A stretch of DNA of 64,000 nt from Podarcis filfolensis (Eukaryota). The translations under genes were made by a program, and so were the position numbers. The notes beneath the pieces are model-generated. The model was given only the letters and a program-made list of their open reading frames with translations, was not told the origin of the DNA and did not search any database. Positions 8,715 through 20,595 of the stretch are shown in pieces (position 1 is the first letter of the stretch; every line of letters starts with the position of its first letter). Where the stretch lies: NCBI GenBank assembly GCA_964270895.1, contig OZ185437.1, one strand, 5' to 3'.

Positions 8715-9667
8715 TGGTCCTGTCCTTCCTCCTCCTTCCCCCCAACAGCTCCTGCCATCCCTTGCCATTCCTTTCTTTGTGGACAGACTCTGGCAAAATG
8801 ACCTGGCTGCTGGCAGAGATAACATTTCTTGGGGCTCTTCCCCTCCTTCTTCCGCCCTTCACTGGGATTTGAAACTGCCCGCGCGCGCGCTGTTCCAACT
8901 TCCATCGGCTCTGCGGGCGGGAAAGCTGGCTCCGGAATCTCTGGAATGCGGAAATCACTCCAACGCTCCCCTTTCCCTTCCCGCTTCTCCAAGGCTCTGG
9001 CCTCCTGACGTGCTCCAATGGTCAGCGCTGATTTGGTCAGCTGGTCCATAGACTCCGCCCTGGGCGCCCGGGAAAGTTCATCTTTCACAGCCGAGGAAAG
9101 TCCCTCTTCGAAAAGCATTTGAATGGGTTCCGCTGACAGATCCCACCCCAATTTGTGTATCAACATAGTAAACTCAGTCCAGTACTCACGGACAGATCGG
9201 CTCCCCTGTTTACAAGCCATCAACTGTCTGCGCACCACTCCCTGTTCAATGTCGCTGGAAAACATCAGGTCCATGGCGCGAAAAAACTTCCGTGCGTCTT
9301 TCAAGACTTCATTATGCCCTGCCATCAGGGGTCTAACCCAGTCTCTCGCCCCTCCTTCGAGATGGCTAATCACAAACGCCACTCGCGATTCCTCATCGGG
9401 AAAGTCATCAAACTGCAGATTAAGAGCATACTGCATCTCTGTCCTAAAGGCTTGATAGTTCCTGGGATCCCCCCCAAACTTCTGCACCAATCCTGGCATC
9501 TTTCTTGCTTGTGGGGGGGCCTTTGCCTTTTCTGCATCCTGAGCCCTCCTCTCATCGAGCCTCGCCGTTTGCAGCGCTAGCTGGACCTCCAACACCCGGT
9601 ACCTTTCTTCGAGGCTTGGACCGGCTCCAGCTCCTCCTGCTTCTCCGGTTCCGGCTGGGTTGCTCAT
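8696..9667 (-). CDS. gag: Gag (capsid plus CCHC nucleocapsid), 323 aa from the first ATG
   Basis: ATG at 9667 (GGCATCATGA); retrotransposon gag-like KFGGDPRNYQAF and QGSRSVREYWTEF; zinc knuckle CYLCQQPGHFARVC; TGA at 8696-8698. Confidence 0.93.
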   Translation of the reverse strand: MSNPAGTGEAGGAGAGPSLEERYRVLEVQLALQTARLDERRAQDAEKAKAPPQARKMPGLVQKFGGDPRNYQAFRTEMQYALNLQFDDFPDEESRVAFVISHLEGGARDWVRPLMAGHNEVLKDARKFFRAMDLMFSSDIEQGVVRRQLMACKQGSRSVREYWTEFTMLIHKLGWDLSAEPIQMLFEEGLSSAVKDELSRAPRAESMDQLTKSALTIGARQEARALEKREGKGERWSDFRIPEIPEPAFPPAEPMEVGTARARAVSNPSEGRKKEGKSPKKCYLCQQPGHFARVCPQRKEWQGMAGAVGGKEEEGQDQVKASA

Positions 9668-9698
9668 GATGCCTTCTCTGCACAAGCTGCTTTCAGGG

Positions 9699-9709
9699 AC
9701 TGTCGGATT
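9699..9709 (-). other. Self-priming primer-binding site
   Basis: AATCCGACAGT starts 2 nt after the 5' LTR, lacks the TGG of tRNA-type PBSs and is exactly complementary to LTR 9831-9841. Confidence 0.8.
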
Positions 9710-9711
9710 GC

Positions 9712-10120
9712 TGTGATGGGATGTTGAGCTGCTTGCGCGTAAAGTTCCTAATCCCTCAGTGTTTGGCTAAGTCCACAAACCACTGTCTGTAACGGAGCGC
9801 CATAAGCATGGCTCCGTCAGTCGCTGGCAGAATCCGACAGTGGGCGTTTACGGAATTTCTTCCAGCATAACAGCTCCTTAACGGAAACACGTCTTCTGGA
9901 CTCTCTACGTGACAATTTCCGGCGAGGAGTGGGTGTCCCTAATGGAGGTCCTGAAACCTCCTCGCTGTTCTCGCTGGAATTGTCTCTGAGCCAATCTTCT
10001 GACTCACCTTCCCTTGGAGCTCTTTCTCGCCCCCTGCTGGTTCCCTCCTCCGCTGATAAGTCTCTCTCAACCTCTGGGAGCCCCTCCACCACCTGTTCTT
10101 CCGATGACAGTTCCCTGACA
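9712..10120 (-). repeat. 5' LTR of the Gypsy element
   Basis: Minus strand TGTCAGGG...CCCATCACA; matches 4629-5037 except at 10006 (A) versus 4923 (G). Confidence 0.97.
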
Positions 10121-13100
10121 GGATTGGACGCAAATGTGGCCGTCTGCTGACAAAAGACTATTTGAGCCAGCAGAGGTTTTCTGTAAGTGGAAAGCAGGAG
10201 GGCAGTTTTCAAGGATTCCCTCTCCCCTCTCCAGCCCCTGTGCCCACCCTGAAATCTGCTCCAGAGGGTTGAGGGGGATAGGAGATACTGTAGGGGGCTG
10301 CAGGAGAAAGGGTGAGTTTGGGGCAATCCAGTGCTATTTTTTCTAGAAAAAGAGGTGCTGGAACTCACCATGAACACCTCTTTCATTCTCTTAGAATGGC
10401 AATGGCGCCCACCTGAAAGGTGTGGGAACTGAGTTCTAGAGAGTTCCAGCTATCTCTGCTCCGCTAGATAAAATAGCCTTCCACCAGTGGACTATAACTC
10501 AGTTACCTGACTCTGCACAAGGCAGCTTCCTCTGTAAAACAAGGGCTGGGAAACAGAAATCTTAATATCAGTTCCTGGGTTGTTTGATTTAAGTAGTGTG
10601 GAGGTTATATGTCAGAATTGCAATATAAAGCTTCTAAGGGGTAGTATCTGTTGGACTGTTGACAATGAGAGGACACCCCAACCTGCCCTGTTCCTTGTTT
10701 CTATGTAGCTGTGAGGACCTTCTGAAAAAAACAGAGGTGGGGAACCATTAAATAGGAGTTGCCGTTTCACAATGAAGAATCTTCTGGCTCTAGACTAACT
10801 CTACCCATCCAGACCAACCACAGAATCCTGTTCCAGCTGAGCTGCACTGTTCCCTGTATTGTTAGGCATTCTTCAGTCTCAACCTCTGGCTTGCTCTTTT
10901 ATCCTGCTGTCAGGTTTGTACAGCTGGCAATTCAGGAACTTTCCTGACTGGCCAGGCCACCAAAAAGGCCAATTTAAATTGGCTAATTGGAGTCCCCAGC
11001 TAGTGGACAGTGCCTCAGTGGCTGGCCAAGTATTGTCATTTCCCGTGCCAGGCCACCCAGAGCGGTGCAGTGGAGAATTGTCAACTACCCATACTCTGTT
11101 CCACGTCACAGCTGAGACCACCTTTGGGATACTTCAGGTGCCCCCGCCATTGTTCCCTTCCAGAGCTGTTCTCCACTTTGTAAAATGACTGTAGTCAGAA
11201 GTGAGGCAAAAGTAAACATGTTATGCTTTTGCTTTTAAGCATATTTGATTTTCTTGCCTGAGTGTGCCAAAGGATAATGTGGAAGTAAAACCGAGGAGTG
11301 CAGAAAACATTACAAATAGGCTGTTTCTTCTTCATGCTGTGAGGTATTGATCTTGCTCTTTTGTTAGTAATTTCTATGACAACAGCTCATCAAGTCAGTC
11401 AAATGTAGAAAAATAATATTTTCACAGGAGATAGGTCCACACAAAGACAAGGCTGTGAAGTGCAGAAAACTCTTTCCTCCTTCTTAAATGGTCTGTTATT
11501 ATTGTATATTGCTATTACTAGCAGTGATATGCTGCTATGAAAGCACAGTGTTTTGTACTGAAAGTTCCCAGCGTATTTCAAGCAAAGTGCACTTCTTTAA
11601 GACCAATTGCTTCAAAATAATTAAATTGACCTTTATCTTTCCATGGTTTGTTTGTTTTTTAAGTCAAATCCAGTAGAATTAAAATTGATCCTCTTGAATT
11701 AGCATGATTTTACACAGGAGTCCCCCCCCAAAAAGACTGCCATCAAATCAAAGTTTACATTTTACTGCATAATATCACAGATCCAGTACTTACCAACACC
11801 ACAGAAACACCAATGCAAAGTGTGTGGATCTTCATGATTTTTGCACAGGACCAAAAGAAAATCCACCAACGAATCACAGAACATATCTCTGGATACAAAG
11901 CTGACCTGTAGTTTGATGATTCTGTGATGGGGATCCCTTATAAAAATTATGGGGATCCATAAGAAACAGTGCCTCAGATCCATGTTTTCGCACCGTGGGA
12001 GCACTGGAAAATACAAGATCTGTGATTTTTTATGGTTCAGTCAATGGAGGCATATGTGAACTGTGATTTGATAGTGGGATTACCAGGTTGGATCAATAAT
12101 AAAAATATTATGCCATTTTGATCTGACTTGTGCATGTGCACATACTCTCCCTGCTTTTCTCCCTCTCCTTCCCCTCCTTCCCACCCAACTTAAAATGCAC
12201 CCCATATTCTTCCTCCTGTCTCCCTCTGGCCACTTTGTTTTTCTCCCCTTCTACCAAGGCCCCCCTTTCCTTCCTACTCATAGAGTTGAAAGAGGAAGTG
12301 GGGGGACGGGATGATGATGACGACACAGCACTCTTCCACCTTCTCCCTTTTATGATGTATTTTGTGTTCTCAATTTGTATTTTTATCTTGTGCTCTTTGG
12401 ATGAAGGGCGGTATACAAATTTCATAAATACTGCTACTGCTACTAATAGCTCTGAGTACCTTTTTCCAGGGAGGGGGGAATGGTACCCAACCTTACCAGC
12501 TGTTGATGACGGGGGCAGTGAATGAAGTGGGAGCCTCAGAGGCTTCACGGGCACCATGGGAAGTCTAGAAGGATGCCATTGTGCCCATGGGCACCATGTT
12601 GGAATCCCCAGTGGATTTCATCAAAGTAATATTTCTATGTTAGCACATTTGCTGTAATCAAACTACCATGCAATCCCTCTTTATATTCTTCAACACATAT
12701 CAAAGGAAAACCACAAGCCCACTTTGTCATGGTTAGCAAACCATCAGCAATAAACTCATCATAGCCATTAAATTCCAGGTTATGACCCCACCAAAGGATT
12801 TTTGAAACATTAGCTGCAAAAATATTTGCATACTTGAACGATTTATCTCGCAGGACACCATGACCACAATATACAGCTTAGAAATTCAGAACATTTTGCT
12901 TAATGTCACCAAAGTTATTGGATCCTGTTTTTATGTGGGGAAAACCAGGATGATGGGTGGGTAGTCTGCAGGAATCCTCTGGTCCTGGGTACTAGTACTG
13001 GCAGAAGCCTGGAACTGTACACAGTGTGTAGAAATAGGTTGGTAGCTATTAAAAAGGTACAGCCATGTCTGATTAGAGTGAGAGAAAGTATGGGGAATGG

Positions 13101-14420
13101 ACTTAGAAGATGTGTTTGTAAACCTCTAACTCATACACTACCTTCAATAAATGTGTGCAACGGAGAGTGCTTTTCAGGCTTGTGATAAATAATCACGCAA
13201 GAGAGGAAGAGCAATAGAGATGGACACCTCTGCCCCAAACACAGTTCTAATGATCTTTCCATGAGTTGGTGGATGATCTTTGGCAGCAAGAGCCCAAATA
13301 CACTTTTCTCTGTCGTGATTTCCTCTTGACCTTAATGTGCGACTTGGTTTGTAACCTGGATGATACTAGTGCGAACAATGCCTTGAATAGCATACATAGA
13401 AATATGTCAGGTGTTGAAGTTGTAGACAGCAGTTTGCTATATGTCTGAAGGGGAAAAAACGAGCATGCTGTGAGATTTGTGTATCGGAAAACGCCTCCTG
13501 AACAATGGTTTTCACTCTGTCGAAGTGCCACAGGGTTTGATTTAATATTATAAAGGCAGAGCCAGAAGACTCTGCTGTCTGGATTATATCTCATCCCTGC
13601 TGCCTCCCCCTGGTGCTTTGCCTTTTAATACGAGTCTCTTTGTAGCTTCACACAGAAGGATCTTCAGGGTTGCTCTCCTTCTGTTCAAATCATTGTAGCA
13701 CGGCAAAACCAATCTTCTCCTTTTTATTTAAATTTTAATAGAGTTTTAACAATTTATAATATCAAACATTCTCCCCTCGCGCCCCCTCCCTTTTTAATAC
13801 TTTGTTATTCAGATGCAAAGCTTAATTTGAAATGTAGTGCGATAACCCAGTGTGTGCAAACTCTTATCTTCTATCATGACAACAGCAGATTCCTGAAAAC
13901 CTATCTGATCTTAAGGCTCGTGATTTAACGCTGGCTTTAAATGAAATGGTATTTCAGGCACCTGGTGGCAAGAAGAAAAGTAAAGTCGCTGTTTTTTAAA
14001 AAGAATGCCCCCCCCTTCTGTTGCTGAGATATGCAAATGTTTGCCTGTTGTTCTTGTTATAAATCTCCTACATTAATGGGCTTGCTGTGGATCCCAGCAG
14101 CTATTTAAAATATTTGTAATTTTGGGGGGTTTTTTAAGAGGAAAACTGAACCACTTCATACTTCACCAGTAGTAGTCTGTGTGGTGGGGCAATGCTGCAG
14201 GGCTGCCTTCTCAACACCAACTTTGCTACAGCTTCCCTGGGTGGGGATGGGGCAGGGTGGTCTCCATGCTGTGGAGGCACAGGTTGAATAGACACTTGTA
14301 CAGAGCACCAGGTTGACACCACTGCTGCTTTTATGTAATCCCAATCTCCCCACCACCCTGTCCAACACCAGTCCTGCCTGCATAAGCTCCATTAATGCTG
14401 CTGGTGGGCGGCTGGCTCCA

Positions 14421-14719
14421 GAAGAAGAAGAAGAAGAAGAAGAGGAGGAGGAGGAGGAGGGGGAGGAGGAGGAGGAGGAAGAAGAGTTTGGATTTGATAT
14501 CCCACTTTATCACTACCCGAAAGAGTCTCAAAGTGGCTAACATTCTCCTTTCCCTTCCTCCCCCACAACACACACTCTGTGAGGTGAGTGAGGCTGAGAG
14601 ACTTCAGAGAAGTGTGACTAGCCCAGGGTCACCTAGCAGCTGCATGTGGAGGAGCAGGGAACCGAACCCGGTTCACCAGATTACGAGTCCACCGCTCTGA
14701 ACCACTACATCACACTGGC
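14421..14719 (-). mobile_element. Squam3-type SINE with expanded (CTT/CCT)n tail
   Basis: tRNA-like head, CORE-like body, GATATCAAATCCAAACTC(TTC)n tail; expanded tail 14421-14484. Confidence 0.88.
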
Positions 14720-14922
14720 ACCACATCTTTACTCCATGTTTACTAATAGCAATAGGGTCAATTCTTGTATGGTGCTACACCTTCTGCTTCCCTTCCCTTC
14801 CTTTTTTAAAAATGATACTTAATTTAAATGGACCCAAACAATGCTACTCTCTGCTTGACAAGGAAGGCAGTGAACGCGAGTTCAGACTGAGCTGATTAAG
14901 TACTGTAGTTGCATGTTCAGCA

Positions 14923-15705
14923 TGTTCAGACCCAGAGACCTCCCCCCCCCCTAAATAAAGACACACTCGACTCACAGCTTTATTGATTACAGAAGGTGAG
15001 TGGTTGCATAGGCTCTGGTTCAACTAACTCCCTGCACCCTTGCAGGCAGTGCTGACCGAGGGCACCAGCATAGGTCAGCCAAGGGTGAACACCTGGGTAG
15101 GCAAAAAGCTGGGAACAGACTATGTTCACCACCCAGATGCCCCCCTGGACTCAGGCACAGGCACAACCCCCTCTCAGGGGTTGACCAAACCAGTTGAGTC
15201 TTTGGATTCCTTTAACGTAATACCCTCCACATAGGGATGGTGAGACCATTCTCCCATCCCTATCACCTGAACCAGTGCCTATCCACAACCTTACAAGTTG
15301 TGATGATTTGCTATGTGGCAGGTGAAACCCAGATGGCAACAGCCAATCAGCCAGGTGGGAAAATTTCTGCTGTGCCCCTGTCCCAACGACAGACGACAAA
15401 CGACGGCATAGCAAGGTCAATCGCAAAATGCCCTAAAAGTAGGGAGAGGTGGGCGGATGTTCCGAATGCACAAGCCGAAAGAGGAAGCTCTGGGTCACGT
15501 GCATGGGTCCCTCGATCCTCTTGAACTGTGGCCCATTGGCCAGATTGAACCCAACATAGAGGGACCTACCAATCGGGTGTTGTAGCTGTCCAATCTTACC
15601 CACTCACAACGCACGAGGTCGGTCTCCAGGTCTCACTGCAACACGTGCCCTCTTTTAGGGAGGCCATGATTTCTTTCCCCTGATCACCACTCTCAAAAGC
15701 CAACA
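14923..15705 (-). mobile_element. Probable solo LTR (ERV-like)
   Basis: TGTT...AACA ends, several CCAAT/ATTGG boxes near 15530-15600, minus-strand AATAAA at 14979-14984; no TSD verified. Confidence 0.5.
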
Positions 15706-17380
15706 AAAGAACAATTAAAGGACTGAAATGTGGGCTGCACTCCCATTGATCCTTTTCTTCTGTCTTCCCTCACCTTCTTCTCCTTTTCCTCTTCCACTCT
15801 GAACTGCCTCTCCACTCATGCACCCTTACACTAACAATACATTTAAGGGCAAAATAAATCAATCCATTGTGGTTTTCTTTTCCACTAAAGAAATAAATGC
15901 ACAGAGGTTTAAACTAAGTCCATCCTCGATGAAACCCAATTAACTAGATAGCAGCAAGTACCAAATGTTCGGCATCCCATGCCAATGATAAAATTAAGTT
16001 ACAATGCTAGTAGACTATTTGGAAAAGTATTTGGGGAATGGTAGTACACTTTGAAAACTGCACGGATGTGACTGCCTTGCCCCTGATTTGAATGTTTATA
16101 CTCAAACACCGAATTAACTCTTGCTTGAAAGTCCAATTCACACACACAGAGACACAATCTGCAGTTAACTCCATGAAATTGTTTGATAACATAGCTTTTT
16201 CATTGAATTGTATTATTATATACAGTCCACTCCAATTGCTCAGATGATTTCCTAAAAGTGATCTAGAGAAGAATTTGACATGCTTATGCTCTCAGTTTTT
16301 AAATGAACAGACAAGATTTAGTTTTTGTTTCCGTACATGCTACTCATCCCTCTTGTTCACTGCTAACCTCAGCTTACTTGCCGTTAATTCATGCTGTACA
16401 TGAAAGAGCTACTGACAAGCTTTCAGAAAGTAGCTTAAATCTCTTTACCTAAGCAGATCCGCTGAATTTAAGTAAACATGCTCATAAATAGCTTTTCCTC
16501 TGTGCTGTCTTTGGAGAGGCTTCTTTCCATCAACTTTATCTGTGTGGATGCAGTCTGATGAGTATTAAAAAAGATATTTATAACTTTGTCAGTCACAGCA
16601 GTATTAATATTGAAATCTCAAGAGGCAAAAGAAAATCCATAAAGATAGTAGGGTCTGGGGAAATGGTGCATGTGTCCATCAAGCTCACGCTGGAATGAAA
16701 GCCATGATAATGACATGCTTCATCGATTAAGACATGTGCGCAGTTTCATCCAGACATAAATGAATTGGGGGGGGGGACTGTGTGCTTAAAAAGAAGCAAA
16801 GCCTATTTTTTGCATAATGGCTGGCTGTATAGCCAAGGTGCCACCCAGCATATAATCTTAAATTTAAATGTATTTATGTGTGCTATTTGTAAGCCTTCAA
16901 GGACCTTTCGTAATTCCATGATGGTGAGGGTGAATCAAATGTGAACATATTTACCACCCTAATGTAAAAACTCCCCCCCTCTCAAATGGCTTCTTTTCTC
17001 CACCTTCTGTTTTATTCAGAGAGAAAGATAGAATGGGTTTGGCACAGAATTTGGCATAAAATTAGAAAGAAAGGCCTGGAGTGGGACATTAATAATAAAA
17101 ATGTTTGCATGAAGGAGTGGGTGGCATGGATGGTACTTTCAGAAGAGCACTGCACAATGTGGGACTAAACTACACAGAATTTTTCAGCAGTCGATTCTAG
17201 CCTAGAAACTAAATCAGAGTGCTGGTAGGCCCTGCTCCAACTTAAGAAGGCCTCTTGGTTACAACGGAGCCCTGAACAAGGGGATGGGGAATCTGTGGAC
17301 GTTCCAGATGTTGTTGGACTACAAATCCCATCATCCCTAAATATTGGCCATGCTTGCTGTGGCTGATAAGGAGTTGGAGT

Positions 17381-17570
17381 CATAAGCATATAAGGAGAGC
17401 TCTGCTGGCTTGGACTAAGGACCCATCTAGTCCAGCATCCTGTTCTTGCAGTGACCAAATGGATGCTTATGTGAAACCATCAACCAGGACCTAAGTGCAT
17501 TAGTGGCCTCCTCACTTGTGATTCTCAGCAGCTGGAGGTAGAACATAGTCACTGTGGCTAGGAGCCATTT
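17381..17570 (-). mobile_element. CR1 3' end remnant
   Basis: CCCATCTAGTCCAGCATCCTGTT motif typical of reptile CR1 3' UTRs; a similar remnant lies at ~47591-47697. Confidence 0.6.
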
Positions 17571-17846
17571 GGAGCTCCTCTTGGACATACTTGGGCAATG
17601 TGTCATGGACACTGCAGTAGAATGAGAGGGTGTCAGGAAGCAGTTGATAAAGCTTCAGGATCTTTTTGCCTTTAATACCCTGAAGCACTTGGTTCTTGGG
17701 CACACTTGGTAACTCACACATCATATATATGATAGAAGAAAGTACTTTGAGATGGTTTCCCAACTGTACATTTGAAAAATAAGCTTTTTTTAAACTGGCG
17801 AAACATTAGTCTGGAACAGTAACCAGACTTTATTGTGCATGGTAGG

Positions 17847-18304
17847 GTGAGGAACCTCAAGCCTGGGTGCCAAATGTGGCCCTTCCGTCTTCTCTGTCTG
17901 GCCTCCGGGACTCTCCCCAGCCTACAACCTTCTTGAGCCACACCCCTCAACAGCCCTGCTTTGCACCTTCCTTGAGTGTTTTTGCCTGGTTGGAATGTGT
18001 CCTTTACCTCTGACGATGCTTAGTGAATGAGAAGATGCTTGCATGAAAGGATGGAGAGGAATGTGTGAGTTTGAAGAATCTAGCCTGCTGTGCAAATCAA
18101 AACACTTACATTTGTTGCTCTGCCCACATTTTCTCTACCTCTGCCTATCAGTGGCATGGTTAGGGCAGCCTAGTTGGATGGGCAGGGTACAAATATAACA
18201 ACAACAACAACAACAACAATTTATTTATTTATTTATTATGGGCTTGCAGAAGGCTCCTCTGAAGGGGAGGTATCTTTCAGGCTGAAAAAGGTTCCCTACT
18301 CTTG
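17847..18304. mobile_element. Decayed hAT-type MITE with inserted LINE tail
   Basis: GGGTGAGGAACCT...AGGTTCCCTACTC ends; the same family recurs at ~21890-22090 and ~32090-32380. Confidence 0.55.
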
Positions 18305-18339
18305 GTGTATGGTAGCGCCACACTACTACACAAACACCA

Positions 18340-18728
18340 GGGATGTGGGTGGCGCTGTGGTCTAAACCACTGAGCCTCTTAGGCTTGCTTATCAGAAGAT
18401 CGGCAGTTTGAATCCGCGCGACAAGGTAAGCTCCCGTTGCTCTGTCCCAGCTCCTGCCAACCTAGCAGTTCGAAAGCATGCCAGTGCAAGTAGATAAATA
18501 GGTACCGCTGCGGTGGGAAGGTAAACAGCATTTCTGTGTGCTCTGGCTTCCGTCACGGTGTTCCATTGCACCAGAAGTGGTTTAGTCATGCTGGCCACAT
18601 GACCCAGTAAGCTGTCTGTGGATAAACATCAGCTCCCTCGGCCTGAAAGTGAGACGAGCGTTTCAACCCCATAGTCGCCTTTGGCTGGACATAACCGTCC
18701 AGGGGTCCTTTACCTTTTACCTTTACCT
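18340..18728 (+). mobile_element. Sauria SINE (Squam1)
   Basis: tRNA-like head GGGATGTGGGTGGCGCTGTGG, conserved body, (ACCTTT)n tail, 13-bp TSD TACACAAACACCA (18327-18339 and 18729-18741). Confidence 0.93.
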
Positions 18729-19912
18729 TACACAAACACCATCTGGATCCATCTCGGAAACACCAAATTGGGCAGAGCATTTGCCAGACATTTTAATTTT
18801 GTATGGGTACCCATTTTGAGAATGGAAGTTTAGGCAGTTTAGAAAAAAACAGTAGACCAGACTTGGTTTAGAAATTATACACAGAAGGCATGCAATGTGA
18901 GTAGCGCATTATAGCTTTGATGAGCGAAATGTGTGGAAATCAAGGGCAAGGGCACATCCTCAGCATTTCTGCATGCTAATAATTTTACAGCTTTCCACTA
19001 GTAACACAGTACTCAGTTTTTTGAAAGCATGGCTGTACTTAATCCCATTATTCTCCTGCTAACAGCTGAAACCTCTTCTGCTCCACAAGCTGTATTTTAA
19101 GTTGTTAACATAAAACAGAGGATAATGTTGCCTCAGCAAAAAATAAAAAAATTAAAAAGCCATTGAATGGATCTGAAAACTATATTGTATTGGAATGATC
19201 TTGAAACAGAATAGCATGCCCAGTGCTCTTAGCTGTCTTGTAGATATTTGAATAGCTTCTTTTCACAGTGGAACAATCAAGTGTAAATGCAACTGACCTT
19301 GTTTTCTTGGCTACTAGTCAATATAATAAAACATACTGTGCTGTTGTGGACAGCTTCTAGTCAACTCAGATGAATTATTGAGTATTGAATGGTGTTTTTG
19401 TTGTTGTTGTTAAATTGCAAACAGCTTCACACAGTCACAAAAACTGTGTGAGTAAACACTTTGATCTGGAACTCTGTAGGACAAAGCATCATCTTGATCA
19501 GGAGTGTTTTGTGGTTTTCTTTATGTACCTTTTTGGACCTTTCAATTCCAAATAAAATAAATTCCCATCAACCGTAAGGTTGGTCAGGGAGGCTGTTGTT
19601 GTTCCTGTCTTTATTTTTCAGTAGATGCCCAGTGTAGATGAGACTGAGTCATGATCCCATGCCATTCTTTGGGGCACTGTTGTGGGAGGAGAGATGGTTC
19701 TTTCTTCACAACATAGACATTCCTATTGGGTTCTGTTGGAAAATGAAGAGCAGGGTTGCATAAACACTGTACATTTAAAGCACTCCCCAAAAAACAATCC
19801 TGGAAACATAAGCTTACCCCTCAGAGAGCTACAATTCCCAGCACCCTTAACAAACTACAGCTCCCAGGATTTTTTGGAGTGGGGAAAGGAATGCACTTCA
19901 GATATGCTCTGA

Positions 19913-20595
19913 GTGGTGGACGTGCCCCAAGGTAAAAGACTTCTGGGAAAGGATTTATAATGAATTGAAAAAAGTGTTGAAAAACACATTTACTAAAATA
20001 CCAGAAGCCGTTTTACTTGGTATAGTGGGGGGTGAAATCCCCAAAAAGGATGTTACTTTTTTCCAGTATGCCACAACAGCTGCGAGAATATTGTTATCGA
20101 AGAATTGGAAGAAACAAGATTTACCAACTATCAAAGAATGGCAGATGAAGATGATGGAACTTGCAGAACTGACCGGGAGACTCCAAGACCAGAGAGAAGA
20201 GACGGTGGAAGAAGATTGGAAGATTGGAAGAAGTTTAAGAAATATTTGAAAAAAATATGTTAATATTTAAACCCTAGAATAGCTTTGGAAGTGAATATAG
20301 GCTGTAGGGGTAGAAGTAGAAGATAGGGTATTTTAAAATAGTATTATTTGTAAGTGATAAAATGTGAAGTTTATTTAAGTATGATTAAAAAAAAGATGGT
20401 TAGAAATTATGATATATGTAAACTGCTAAAGAGGAAGTAAAATGAAAATCAGATAGGTGGGACTTGGGGAAGCCAACTTAACAATGTTTAGGAAAATAAG
20501 GGTATGACAAGAATTTGTTCGTATTGTTTGTCTTTTCTGTCTGTGCTTTTTATATGTGTTATAAAATGAATAATTTTTTGGGGGGTGGGAAACAA
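19913..20595 (+). mobile_element. 5'-truncated L1 (ORF2 C-terminus plus 3' UTR)
   Basis: Translates WWTCPKVKDFWERIYNELKK...YATTAARILLSKNWK, typical of the L1 ORF2 end; candidate 11-bp TSD ATATGCTCTGA (19902-19912 and 20596-20606). Confidence 0.85.

Larger units (their letters stand above)
4629..10120 (-). mobile_element. Full-length Ty3/Gypsy chromovirus-type (Tf1/sushi-like) LTR retrotransposon
   Basis: Two 409-bp direct repeats with TG...CA termini, 5-bp TSD GGATT (4624-4628 and 10121-10125), gag and PR-RT-RH-IN-chromo ORFs without internal stops, PPT adjacent to the 3' LTR. Confidence 0.98.

Noticed and set aside
8715-8825. TTG start of pol given by the ORF track
   Set aside because: It overlaps the gag zinc knuckle; the pseudoknot places the frame switch at ~8708-8714, so independent initiation is unlikely.
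4846-9580. Antisense and alternative-frame ORFs inside the Gypsy element (e.g. 4846-5298, 6049-6597, 7723-8289, 8341-9051)
   Set aside because: Shadow ORFs expected from the purine-rich, GC-rich codon usage of gag/pol; no recognisable domains.
9817-10386. 189-aa ORF from flanking DNA into the 5' LTR
   Set aside because: The C-terminal half is the LTR copy of the pol-tail frame; the N-terminal half is repeat-derived flank joined by chance at insertion.
14313-14700. Poly-Glu and poly-Lys/Arg ORFs
   Set aside because: Translations of the expanded trinucleotide tail of a Squam3 SINE.
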